Shown: positions 1-8,826 of the stretch, piece by piece | Position numbering within the stretch: the first letter of the stretch is position 1 | How the letters are laid out: each line of letters begins with the position of its first letter | Source of the DNA: Clostridia bacterium | Lineage (GTDB): Bacteria; Bacillota; Clostridia; Christensenellales; UBA1242 | NCBI GenBank assembly: GCA_028709705.1 | Contig: JAQVWL010000005.1 | Span: 892 to 64,891 of the forward strand | DNA length: 64,000 bases | Direction: 5' to 3' | Translations under genes and position numbers: made by a program | Notes under the pieces: model-generated | The model's database searches: none | What the model was told of the DNA's origin: nothing | What the model saw: only the letters and a program-made list of their open reading frames with translations

Positions 1-468
1 TTCAATTTCGCTAGAAATATAATAGTCCTCTTGCTCTGTTTCACTGCTAGCAAAAATGTAAGGTCTGTAAACATTTTTGACTTCAAATTTTTCAAAAACT
101 TCAACCGCATTGTCCATATGGTCGCTGTCTGGGTGTGTTAAAATAAAATAATCCAAAACATTATATTCTGTGTTTTGGGCAAAAAATTTTTCATCAAGAT
201 ATGTAAACAATTTTTCTTTTGCCGTATTTCTTCCACAATCAATCAAAACACTTTTGCCATCGGGTAGCCTAATAGCAATCGCCTTGCCTTGCCCAACATC
301 AACAAAATGCACCGCAAGGTTGTTTTGATATTCCACAACATAAGTATTTGAATTGACAAAATCAACAAAAGGTTCTTTAAAAAACAAAGTGGATAGCAAA
401 GCAATTGTAAAAACAATAGCAAAAACTATCCTAATATTTATTTTAAATTTTCTTTCGTGAATATTCAT
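1..468 (-). CDS. ComEC/Rec2-type metallo-beta-lactamase-fold membrane protein, N-terminal part (gene runs off window start)
   Basis: Not in the ORF track because there is no stop in the window. The reverse frame is open from the ATG at 468-466. Translation MNIHERKFKINIRIVFAIVFTIALL (TM anchor)...LAVHFVDVGQGKAIAIRLPDGKSVLIDCG...DYFILTHPDSDHMDN carries VDVGQG and HxDxDH motifs typical of ComEC-like MBL domains. Confidence 0.6.
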   Translation of the reverse strand, partial: MNIHERKFKINIRIVFAIVFTIALLSTLFFKEPFVDFVNSNTYVVEYQNNLAVHFVDVGQGKAIAIRLPDGKSVLIDCGRNTAKEKLFTYLDEKFFAQNTEYNVLDYFILTHPDSDHMDNAVEVFEKFEVKNVYRPYIFASSETEQEDYYISSEIE

Positions 469-471
469 ATT

Positions 472-1323
472 TTATTCAATAACCGGCTTGTCAATTTGAT
501 TTTTGAATATGTTTTTTCTGCGTTTTTTTAGCGGGTGCAATGAAAAGATTTTCATAATTTCGGGCATTTTATTTATAGTTTCTCTGTAACCTTCTTCAAT
601 CATATCCAAATACCCTTCCGTTCTGGTTGACCTAAATCTTTTGGTTTCGGGTTTTAAAATTATGTCGGAATATTGATAGCCTTTTACCACATTGCTTTCC
701 ATCAAAATTCGCATACTGCAAGCCAAAACATCTAAAATTTTTGTGCTGTCAGTGCCATAAAGCCTTGACTTGTTGACATCAACACCAACAACATAATCAC
801 AATCAAAAAGTTTTGGAATATCAGCAGGCAAAGTGTTTTTAAGTCCGCCATCGCAAAGCAGTCTGTTGTTATGTTCAACGGGTTGAAATACACCCGGAAC
901 GCAACAACTCCCTGCAACTGCTTTTGCCAAACTTCCTTTTGTTAGACAAACTTCATCGGTTGTTTTTAAATCAACAGCAACTGCGGAAAATGGAATTTTT
1001 AAGTCTTCAATATTTATATCCCCCAAATTTTCGGTTATTATTTCTTCCAAACTTTCCGTTTTTGAAGGCACGAAAACAAGTTTGCTTGTTCTTATGTCTT
1101 TTATTTTCAAATTTTTTGCCAAATCAAATATTTGTTGATAAGTGTAACCAGCACAATAGAAAGCGCCGACCAAACTGCCAGCACTTGTTCCGCAAACATA
1201 ATCAAACTTGATGTCAAATTCTTCAAATGCCTTTAAAGCACCAAGATGAGCAAAACCCCTTGCGCCCCCGCCACTTAAAGCAAGACCTACTTTCAATTTT
1301 TTTTTCTTTTTAAAAAAATTCAT
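472..1323 (-). CDS. patatin-like phospholipase
   Basis: GLALSGGGARGFAHLGALKAF (GGGxRG oxyanion hole), GTSAGS (GxSxG nucleophile) and CDGG (catalytic Asp motif). Confidence 0.85.
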   Translation of the reverse strand: MNFFKKKKKLKVGLALSGGGARGFAHLGALKAFEEFDIKFDYVCGTSAGSLVGAFYCAGYTYQQIFDLAKNLKIKDIRTSKLVFVPSKTESLEEIITENLGDINIEDLKIPFSAVAVDLKTTDEVCLTKGSLAKAVAGSCCVPGVFQPVEHNNRLLCDGGLKNTLPADIPKLFDCDYVVGVDVNKSRLYGTDSTKILDVLACSMRILMESNVVKGYQYSDIILKPETKRFRSTRTEGYLDMIEEGYRETINKMPEIMKIFSLHPLKKRRKNIFKNQIDKPVIE

Positions 1324-1348
1324 TGCATCACACTTACCTTAAAAAAAA

Positions 1349-2155
1349 TTATTCTTTTTTGTCTTCAACAATTATTTCAGGTTGTTCTTCTTCAACTTCT
1401 TCTTTTTCGTTTTCTTGATTTTCAGTTGTTTTTTCAACTGCTTTTTTTGTGCTTGCAACAACTTCTTCAATTTTGTTTTTAAGAACATTTTCAAAATTTG
1501 AATTGTCATTAATTTTTAACAATTTTTTTGGCAAAACAAAAATTATGCCCGCAATTATTACTTGCACCAAGAATGTAACAAATGTGTTCAAAAGCATTTG
1601 CCCAAATGTGAACAAACCAATTTCCCCAAGCATTGTAAAAACAAATGTGTTTGCAAAAAGAATAATGCAGAAAATCAAAAAGTTTTTAAAACTGTCATTA
1701 AATCTTGTAAAAAGTTTTGTGTGTTCCGATATAAAAAACCCAAGCCCCAAAGACAATGCAAACGCAAAAATTGAAATAATAAAAGGCAAAAATGTTGCTT
1801 CCAAAGTTGCCGAAAAAGTTAAGCCACCATATAACCCGACAACAAAACCAAATAGTGTATTAAACAAAGAAATTGCTACTAACACACTAGCAAGTTTTAT
1901 ACCTTCGCTTAAACCATATTTTTTGTAAATCAAGCAAATGGTTAAAAATAATGCAATAATGGAAACAATCGGCACTTCAACAAATGCAGAAAAAAGCGAA
2001 ATAGACATAAATATGTTTACTGGATAATAACTGCAAAGAATCAAATTTATTCCCGCAAAAACATATAAGCCCGTTTTCCCCAAAAATTTTGCACTTAACC
2101 ATAATGCGCCAAACACAATTGCTGTTAAAAATATTAAAATTGTAAAATTTAACAT
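1349..2155 (-). CDS. polytopic membrane protein with acidic C-terminal tail, family not recognised
   Basis: About 6 hydrophobic segments followed by ENQENEKEEVEEEQPEIIVEDKKE. No diagnostic motif seen. Confidence 0.5.
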   Translation of the reverse strand: MLNFTILIFLTAIVFGALWLSAKFLGKTGLYVFAGINLILCSYYPVNIFMSISLFSAFVEVPIVSIIALFLTICLIYKKYGLSEGIKLASVLVAISLFNTLFGFVVGLYGGLTFSATLEATFLPFIISIFAFALSLGLGFFISEHTKLFTRFNDSFKNFLIFCIILFANTFVFTMLGEIGLFTFGQMLLNTFVTFLVQVIIAGIIFVLPKKLLKINDNSNFENVLKNKIEEVVASTKKAVEKTTENQENEKEEVEEEQPEIIVEDKKE

Positions 2156-2314
2156 AAAAAATCAAAACCTCCAATATCAATAATATATTATCAAAAAAAA
2201 ATTTTGTCAAATAAATATAGTCTTTTTGTATTTTAACCAATATTTATCCAAAATTGCAATTTGTTTGACAAAAATATTTTGTAATGCTAAAATTTTTTAA
2301 ATAGGAGCAAAAAA

Positions 2315-2737
2315 ATGATAATTGAAGAAATAAAAAAAGCAAATATTACTGCATTAAAAAACAAAGACACTATTGCAAGAAACATATATTCTGTTGTTCT
2401 TAACAAAATTATGCTTGAACAAATCAAAAAAAGAGAAAAGGGCGAAGAAATGAAAGACGGTGACGTACTTGTTATTTTGCAAAAAGCGTTAAAAGAATTA
2501 GAAGAAGAAAAAGCGGGATATGAAAAAGTTGGAAATAAAGAAAAAGTTGAATATATAAAAACGCAACAAAAAATAATACAAAACTATATGCCCAAAATGC
2601 TAACCGAACAAGAAATTTTTCACATAATTGCAAATCTTGCAGACAAATCTATTGGCAGTGTTATGAAAAAATTTAAAACCGAATATGCCGGCACTTGCGA
2701 TATGAAACTTGTTCAAGAAGTTTTAAAAAGGTTTTAG
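2315..2737 (+). CDS. yqeY: GatB/YqeY domain protein
   Basis: 140 aa. The N-terminus IKKANITALKNKDTIARNIYSVVLNKI... and the length are typical of YqeY. RBS AGGAG lies upstream. Confidence 0.7.
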   Translation: MIIEEIKKANITALKNKDTIARNIYSVVLNKIMLEQIKKREKGEEMKDGDVLVILQKALKELEEEKAGYEKVGNKEKVEYIKTQQKIIQNYMPKMLTEQEIFHIIANLADKSIGSVMKKFKTEYAGTCDMKLVQEVLKRF

Positions 2738-2740
2738 GTT

Positions 2741-3436
2741 ATGAAAGTTTTTGCAATAAGCGATTTACATTTGTCTTTTGGTAGCAACAAACCAATGGAT
2801 ATTTTTGGCGGAAATTGGGAAAATTATTTGCAAAAAATTGTGAGTGATTGGAACGCAAAAGTTGGCGAAGAAGACATTGTTTTAATAGCGGGCGACATAA
2901 GTTGGGCAATGAAACTGGACCAAACTACGGAAGATTTTGATTTTTTGAAGAAACTTAAAGGCAAAAAAATAATAATTCGTGGCAATCACGACTATTGGTG
3001 GGTAAGCATTTCAGGCGTTAGAAACATTTTGCCCGAAAATGTTTTTGCAATTCAAAACGATGCAATCAAGTTTGATGACATAATAATTTGCGGAACAAGG
3101 GGCTGGACCGTGCCAGAAACAACTTTTGAAACCGAGCAAGATGAAAAAATTTTTAAACGAGAAGTTATAAGACTAAACCTAACTTTGCAATCAGCAAAAG
3201 CCTTGCAAAAAAACAACGAAAAAATAATTTGTATGATGCACTATCCGCCAACAAATTCAAAAAAACAACCCAGTGAATTTACTGCACTTTTGGAACAATA
3301 TGGCGTTAATAAAGTTGTTTTTGGGCATTTGCACGGCAAAAAAGTAAAAAACAGTTTGCACTTTTCCATCAATCAAGTGGAATATTTTCTTACCTCCTGC
3401 GACCTTGTTGAAAACAAACTTGTTCGGGTGGAATAG
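2741..3436 (+). CDS. metallophosphoesterase (calcineurin-like)
   Basis: Motifs ISDLHL, GDISW, GNHDYWW and GHLHG. Confidence 0.8.
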   Translation: MKVFAISDLHLSFGSNKPMDIFGGNWENYLQKIVSDWNAKVGEEDIVLIAGDISWAMKLDQTTEDFDFLKKLKGKKIIIRGNHDYWWVSISGVRNILPENVFAIQNDAIKFDDIIICGTRGWTVPETTFETEQDEKIFKREVIRLNLTLQSAKALQKNNEKIICMMHYPPTNSKKQPSEFTALLEQYGVNKVVFGHLHGKKVKNSLHFSINQVEYFLTSCDLVENKLVRVE

Positions 3437-3443
3437 TTTTAAT

Positions 3444-3493
3444 AAAAAAAATTGCCTAGGTCATATTTGGTATGACTTTCGGCAATTTTTTTT
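3444..3493. terminator. bidirectional intrinsic terminator between convergent genes
   Basis: A7-ATTGCC...GGCAAT-T9 outer stem with an inner GTCATA/TATGAC stem. Confidence 0.7.
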
Positions 3494-4763
3494 ATATATT
3501 CAATTCTTTTTCTAAATCAGAATAACTTACTTTTATTCGGTTGTTGGTTTTTCTATCTTCAAAATCATACGTTTTATTGTTGATAAATTCATTTCCAATA
3601 ATAATGATTTTTCTAATTCCAAACAATTCATTGTCTTTGATTTTTTCGCCAAGTGAATAGTGCCTATTGTCAAAACAAACTTTCACGCCTTTTGCTTTAA
3701 GATTGTTATAAAGATTTTCGCCTTCGGCAAGGCAAATTTCATCATTTTTGCAAATAATATTAACATCAAATGCGGAAACGCTATCTTCCCAAATAAGTTT
3801 GCCAAATTTTTTCATTTGATTAACCGCTAGCAGGGCAACAACTCTTGTTATGCCAATTCCATAGCAACCATTCCAATAATATTCCTGCTTGCCTTCTTTA
3901 TTTGTAAACGTTCCGTTCATCATTTTTGCATAGTTTTGGTCGTTTTGAAAAATATGCCCAAGTTCAGTTGCTTTTCTTTTTTCAAATTTTGATTTGTCTG
4001 TGTCTTTGTATTCCCCAAGAACATATTCTTTTAAAGTTTGGTCTTGCAAATCAAAAACTTCTTCGTTAACATAAAGATTGAGTTCATCGTTGCAATAAAT
4101 TGTGTCTTGCCCGTATTCCTCATCAAAAAACATAAATTCGCTTGCAGTTTTTCCGCCCATATCGTTGATAGATTTTATGTTTTTTATGTTATCAAAACCC
4201 AATTCTTTGAAAATTTTGTGATAAGCATCAACCATTTTGGCATAATTTTTTTCCATATTCTCTTTGTTTTCATCAAACGAATATGCGTCCATCATATTAA
4301 ATTCTTTGCTTTTAACGAGCCCGCCTTGGCACCTGATTTCATCTCTAAACTTTGTGCCAATTTGATAGTGAATAAACCCTAAATCTCTATAACTTTTTAT
4401 GTGGTCTTTTACCATTGCAACGCTTAATTCTTCCGCTGTGGGAGAAATAGCGTATTCGCTTTGGCGACCGATGGTTGTAAACATTGTTCCTGATTTAACA
4501 TACTTTTCCCATCTGCCCGATTGCACCCAATAGTTTTTTGGTTGCAAAATTGAATATTGCACTTCCGCACAACCAATTTCATCAAAATGTTTTCTTATTA
4601 TATCTTCAATATTTCGTCTGATTTTTAACAGCATTGTTCCAAAACCAAAACAACCTGCTGCATATTTTTTTAATTGCCCGCTTTGTTCCAAAAATTCACT
4701 TATATAGCAATCTTCTGTGCCAATTGTTTTTTTTGTTCTTAATCCTAAATTTGATAATTTCAT
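3492..4763 (-). CDS. proS: prolyl-tRNA synthetase, short form lacking the INS editing domain
   Basis: Class II motifs: FRDEIRCQGGLVKSKEFNMMDAYSF (motif 2), ISPTAEE and GCYGIGITRVV (motif 3). Start moved to the ATG at 4763, which is preceded by GGGGAG. About 150 aa between motifs 2 and 3 leaves no room for INS. Confidence 0.75.
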   Translation of the reverse strand: MKLSNLGLRTKKTIGTEDCYISEFLEQSGQLKKYAAGCFGFGTMLLKIRRNIEDIIRKHFDEIGCAEVQYSILQPKNYWVQSGRWEKYVKSGTMFTTIGRQSEYAISPTAEELSVAMVKDHIKSYRDLGFIHYQIGTKFRDEIRCQGGLVKSKEFNMMDAYSFDENKENMEKNYAKMVDAYHKIFKELGFDNIKNIKSINDMGGKTASEFMFFDEEYGQDTIYCNDELNLYVNEEVFDLQDQTLKEYVLGEYKDTDKSKFEKRKATELGHIFQNDQNYAKMMNGTFTNKEGKQEYYWNGCYGIGITRVVALLAVNQMKKFGKLIWEDSVSAFDVNIICKNDEICLAEGENLYNNLKAKGVKVCFDNRHYSLGEKIKDNELFGIRKIIIIGNEFINNKTYDFEDRKTNNRIKVSYSDLEKELNI

Positions 4764-5158
4764 TAAATTCTCCCCGCTTGTTTTGTTAAATATTAAAAAA
4801 TACTCTTTTTTCAAAATTTATTTATTAACAATATAAATTATTGAAAAAAAAAAGTCAATATAATATACCATTTCACCAAAATTTTGCCAAATTGAGATTT
4901 TTTTATCCAAGAAAGCACAACTTGGCATATCACCCAAGTGCGTTAGTCTTGCATATCATCAAGCGTTTTCACTTTTGCTATATCATCATAAAACTCAAAT
5001 TTAAGATCTCAAATAAATTGTGTTAAATAAAATGTAACAAAAAATAGTAAAGCATTTTTCTGTTTTGCTAGCAAAAAATTAATTTTGCTTAAACAGTATT
5101 GTATTAGTTTTAAAAATATGCTAAAATTAAGTTAACAAAAATGTTGTGAGGTGGAATT

Positions 5159-5545
5159 ATGGCAGATATAAAATTAAGAGATATTATCAAATTATCTAAA
5201 ATATCGCCAGTGTTGGTGGTTGGTTTGCCAGCCACAATATTTGGAGAAGCAACAGTTATAAATGCAGATATTCCTTCCAAAAACTTGGGGATAGTAAACA
5301 CTGCAAATGGGCTTAAATATCCATCTTGGTTTTTTGAAATTTTAAAAGGAACAGCAAGCCACCAAATTATTATTAATGGCATTGACAAAATTGACAAAGA
5401 AAGCCAGGAAAAATTTTATGAATTATTGAAATACAAAGCAATAAGCAATGTTGAATTGCCACACGATTGCAATATAATTGTTATTGCGGAAAACCTAAAA
5501 AATGTGTCTGCCACAATTTTAAATCATTGCCAAGTAATAAAATAA
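5159..5545 (+). CDS. degenerate mini AAA+/MoxR-like protein (Walker A and B not conserved)
   Basis: VLVVGLPATIFGEA aligns to a hhhhGxPGTGKT Walker A with the Lys lost. IIINGIDKIDKESQEKFYELL sits where hhhDEhxR...Q..LL is expected. IIVIAENL is sensor-1-like. Only 128 aa. RBS GAGGTGG. Confidence 0.45.
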   Translation: MADIKLRDIIKLSKISPVLVVGLPATIFGEATVINADIPSKNLGIVNTANGLKYPSWFFEILKGTASHQIIINGIDKIDKESQEKFYELLKYKAISNVELPHDCNIIVIAENLKNVSATILNHCQVIK

Positions 5546-5552
5546 GAGTTTT

Positions 5553-6889
5553 TTGATGGAAAATAATTTTGATGTTGATTTAATAAAAAAACAAATGCTA
5601 AGGAAGTATCCTTATTTTGGTGCTATAATCAACAACTTAAAATATGAAATTGCAAAAGATAATAGCGGAACCGAAACAGCGGAAACAGATGGCAAAACGA
5701 TTTATTTTAATCCAAATTTTTTAAGCAAATTGCCCGAACAAGAGCAGGTTTTTTGTTTTGCACATGAAGTTAGTCATATTGCACTTGACCACATTATGCG
5801 AAGCAAAGGCAAAAATAAAAAATATGGAACATTGCCACCGATGCGGTTATCAATCAATATTTAAAAAAAGATAATTTGCCAATCATAAAAGGGACAATTG
5901 ACATTCCTGAAGCCATCAATTATGATGCGGAAGAATTTTATGAAAAACTTATGGCACAAGAACAAAAACAACAAAATCAGCAGAGCAAACAACAGGGGCA
6001 AAGTGAAAAGAGCGAAAGCGGACAAGGCGAAAACGAAAGTCAAAGCGGGCAAAACAGCCATTCAATGTGGGAAGACGCAGTAAAGCGCGCCGAAGAAGAA
6101 AAGAAAAACAGCCAAAACAAAAAACAAGATGAAAAACAACAAGAAATTGAAAAAGCAAAAATAAGCGAAAAGCAAACTTTTGAAAACAATGAAAAGGCAA
6201 AAATTAAACGCGCAGAAGAAATAATGAGTAAATTAAACAGCACAAGACGTGGAATGGGTGGCGAAAGCCAAGAAGTTGTTATTGGAAATGTTGGCAAAGC
6301 AGGCAAAGCGGTTGTAAATTGGAAAAAAGTTCTTATAAGAAATTTGGAAATAGAAGATGAACATTGGGGGCATAAATTTTCAGACAAATCAAACGGTTAC
6401 GCTGCCAGGATTGAAGATATTGAATATGATGAGAAAGCAGAAACAGAAATAATTTTAGACACAAGCGGTTCTGTTAGTGTTGATTTGTTGAAAAGTTTTT
6501 TAAGACAGGTTAAAACAGCACTTAAAAACTCAACAATAAAAGTTGGAACTTTTTCAAACGACTTTCACGGCTGGACTGAAATTAAGCGGGAGTCTGACAT
6601 TGATAATCTTAAAATTAGAGTTGGCGGTGGCACGAATTTTGATTCCGCTTCAAAAGCGTTTACAAAGCGAAAAGATGTTAACAAAATTTGCTTTACCGAT
6701 GGCGAAGATTGTGGTGATGCCGGAATTAAAGACAAAAGAAAAGGTATTCTTTGGATAAGTTTTGAAAATTCACATTTTAAACCTGACAATGGCAAGGTTA
6801 TTTTTGTGCACCCCAATTTAATAAATTTAGAAAAAGAAATCAAGAACAAGAAAGGAATTTGTAAAGATACTTATTTACAAGATAAATAA
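5553..6889 (+). pseudogene. putative metallopeptidase (HExxH) + VWA domain protein (DUF2201-like architecture), split by a -1 frameshift in an A-run
   Basis: ORF 5553..5864 carries FAHEVSHIALDH and ends GKNKKYGTLPPMRLSINI*. The -1 frame from 5819 reads KIWNIATDAVINQYLKKDNLPIIKG and runs straight into ORF 5876..6889, which carries a VWA-like ILDTSGSV motif. The shift lies in aaaaataaaaaat (5811-5823). Confidence 0.7.
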
Positions 6890-6963
6890 AATTTGCTTTT
6901 TATAATTACGCCATTAACAATTTTAAAAAAGCCTAAACCGTGATATTCGATTTAGTTTTGCCT

Positions 6964-7046
6964 TGGTGCGGATAGAGGGACTTGAACCCCCACTCGTGAG
7001 AACTAGATCCTAAGTCTAGCGCGTCTGCCAATTCCGCCATATCCGC
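6964..7046 (-). tRNA. tRNA-Leu(TAG)
   Basis: Reverse complement is GCGGATATGGCGGAATTGGCAGACGCGCTAGACTTAGGATCTAG...GGGGTTCAAGTCCCTCTATCCGCACCA. It has a long variable arm, anticodon loop CTTAGGA and an encoded CCA. Confidence 0.9.
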
Positions 7047-7355
7047 AAAAATTGGTGTAAAAAAATTACTAAGATAATATACAACAAATTTTTTTTGTTG
7101 TCAAGTTTTTGCAAAATTTTTTTTAAATAACTATTTTTTCAACTATTGAAAAGTGATAAAAAAAAATTTCTTTGTGTTAATATTCATTTGCACGAATTTC
7201 CTTTTATTTAGTTTTAATCACTAAACATATTAGCACAAATTCGTGCTTTTTTATACTATTTTTTGTTGCAATTAGAATTTCTATCGACCCATCTAAAAAT
7301 TATTATTGACACAAATATTTTTGTATGTTAAAATTAAACTACAAAAAGTTTTAAA

Positions 7356-7886
7356 ATGAAAGAAAAACCTAAACAAGTTATAGACTACGAAAAAAATATA
7401 ATAGATAAAGACAAATTTGAAGTAGTTATTACAAAGTATTACATAATCCCGTATATAGATGGACGCATAAAAGGGAAATTGTCACTTTTGATAAATAATT
7501 ATGACTTGCATGATTTGGGAATTTCAAATAGCAAAATGGTGCCATTGGAAAAACTAGGTGATAAAAATATTTTACCTAACAAAACCATTGCCTTCAAGAT
7601 TGCAAGTAAAATTATTAGAAGAGTTTATAATAACAATAAAGAACTCTTGTCTGTTAAAAAAGAATTTGTAGAATACAATGGCTCCTATTTTGCGGGAAAA
7701 AATTTTGAAATAAATAAATTAGACCCTAGCTTCCCATTGACATATTTTAATAGTCAAACAAACAATAATTATGCCTTTCGATTGGGTTTGAACAAGGAAA
7801 GAAAACGTAAACACTATACTTGCGAAGAATCAAGTTTTGACTTTAAGCCAACTTTGTTGGAAAAGTTGACAGATAGAATCTTATAA
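7356..7886 (+). CDS. hypothetical protein
   Basis: 176-aa ORF with no recognisable motif. Confidence 0.4.
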   Translation: MKEKPKQVIDYEKNIIDKDKFEVVITKYYIIPYIDGRIKGKLSLLINNYDLHDLGISNSKMVPLEKLGDKNILPNKTIAFKIASKIIRRVYNNNKELLSVKKEFVEYNGSYFAGKNFEINKLDPSFPLTYFNSQTNNNYAFRLGLNKERKRKHYTCEESSFDFKPTLLEKLTDRIL

Positions 7887-7906
7887 TTTTTTAAAAAATA
7901 TAAAAT

Positions 7907-8776
7907 TTATTGCCTTGTGCGTTCAAAACTTTTCGCAAATAAATTTTGGGGCATTAACAATTCGGGGGAAATTTGGTTTGTGGTTATCGGATTGCCTGAA
8001 CTAAAATTTACCAATTTTCTATTTTCAAGTTTATAGCTGTGAAAATCACTTCCACCACTTATTTTAAGGTGGTTTTTTTCTGCAATTTTTTTCAAAATTG
8101 GCAATTCCTCGGGCGTTATTTCAGAGTGATATAACTCCAATCCGTCAAGTCCACACGTTTTTAAATTGGTAACTAAATTGTTAAGGTCAAAGTTGTTTAA
8201 CTTGTAATCCATCGGGTGTGCAAGAAACGCCATTGCACCTGATTTATGTATTAAATCAATAATTTCAACCGCATTTTTGAAAGGTTTTTGTACCTTACTT
8301 GCCTTTTGTCTCATTGCTTTGTAAATTGAATTGACATCAAAATTATAATTGTTTTCTTGCAAATAAAAAATTATTCTGCTCGCAGAAATTCCATAATTAT
8401 TTTCAAAAATATTTTGATAAAATTCTCTTGGAATATTTAGTCCATTTTTTTCCAAAACTTGTTTATATATTTTCAATCTTTCAAATTTTGCTTGTCTTAA
8501 AACTGTAAAGTATTGTTTAAGTTCGGGATTTTTAAGGTCAAGTCCATATCCCAAAATATGAATACTTATTTCATCAAATTTTGTTGTAAACTCACAACCT
8601 TTTATTATTTTCAAATTGGTTTCAGAGATTATATTTTCGTAAGCACTGATGCTATCGTGATCGGTAAAAGATATATATTCAGCACCCAATTGCGATGCTT
8701 TTTTCAATATTTCATCAGGGGAATTTTCACCATCAGAAAATTTTGTGTGTATATGTAAATCAACAAATTTGTTCAT
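7907..8776 (-). CDS. PHP-domain phosphoesterase (TrpH/YciV-like)
   Basis: The N-terminus VDLHIHTKFSDGENSPDEIL is the PHP motif. Also FTDHDS, FLAHP and GGSDFH. Confidence 0.8.
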   Translation of the reverse strand: MNKFVDLHIHTKFSDGENSPDEILKKASQLGAEYISFTDHDSISAYENIISETNLKIIKGCEFTTKFDEISIHILGYGLDLKNPELKQYFTVLRQAKFERLKIYKQVLEKNGLNIPREFYQNIFENNYGISASRIIFYLQENNYNFDVNSIYKAMRQKASKVQKPFKNAVEIIDLIHKSGAMAFLAHPMDYKLNNFDLNNLVTNLKTCGLDGLELYHSEITPEELPILKKIAEKNHLKISGGSDFHSYKLENRKLVNFSSGNPITTNQISPELLMPQNLFAKSFERTRQ

Positions 8777-8826
8777 AAAAACATTGTAGCATACTTATTA
8801 GTTTTTGGCAAGGTTTATGAGATTTT

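Noticed and set aside
4900-4960. Possible T-box leader upstream of proS. The minus strand reads CACTTGGGTGATATGCCAAGTTGTGCTTTCTT, a hairpin plus U-rich tail with GGGTGA resembling the T-box GGGTGG.
   Set aside because: It does not match the conserved GGGTGGTACCGCG core. No specifier-loop, AGAGA or GNTGNA elements were seen. It is probably just a small hairpin in a divergent promoter region.
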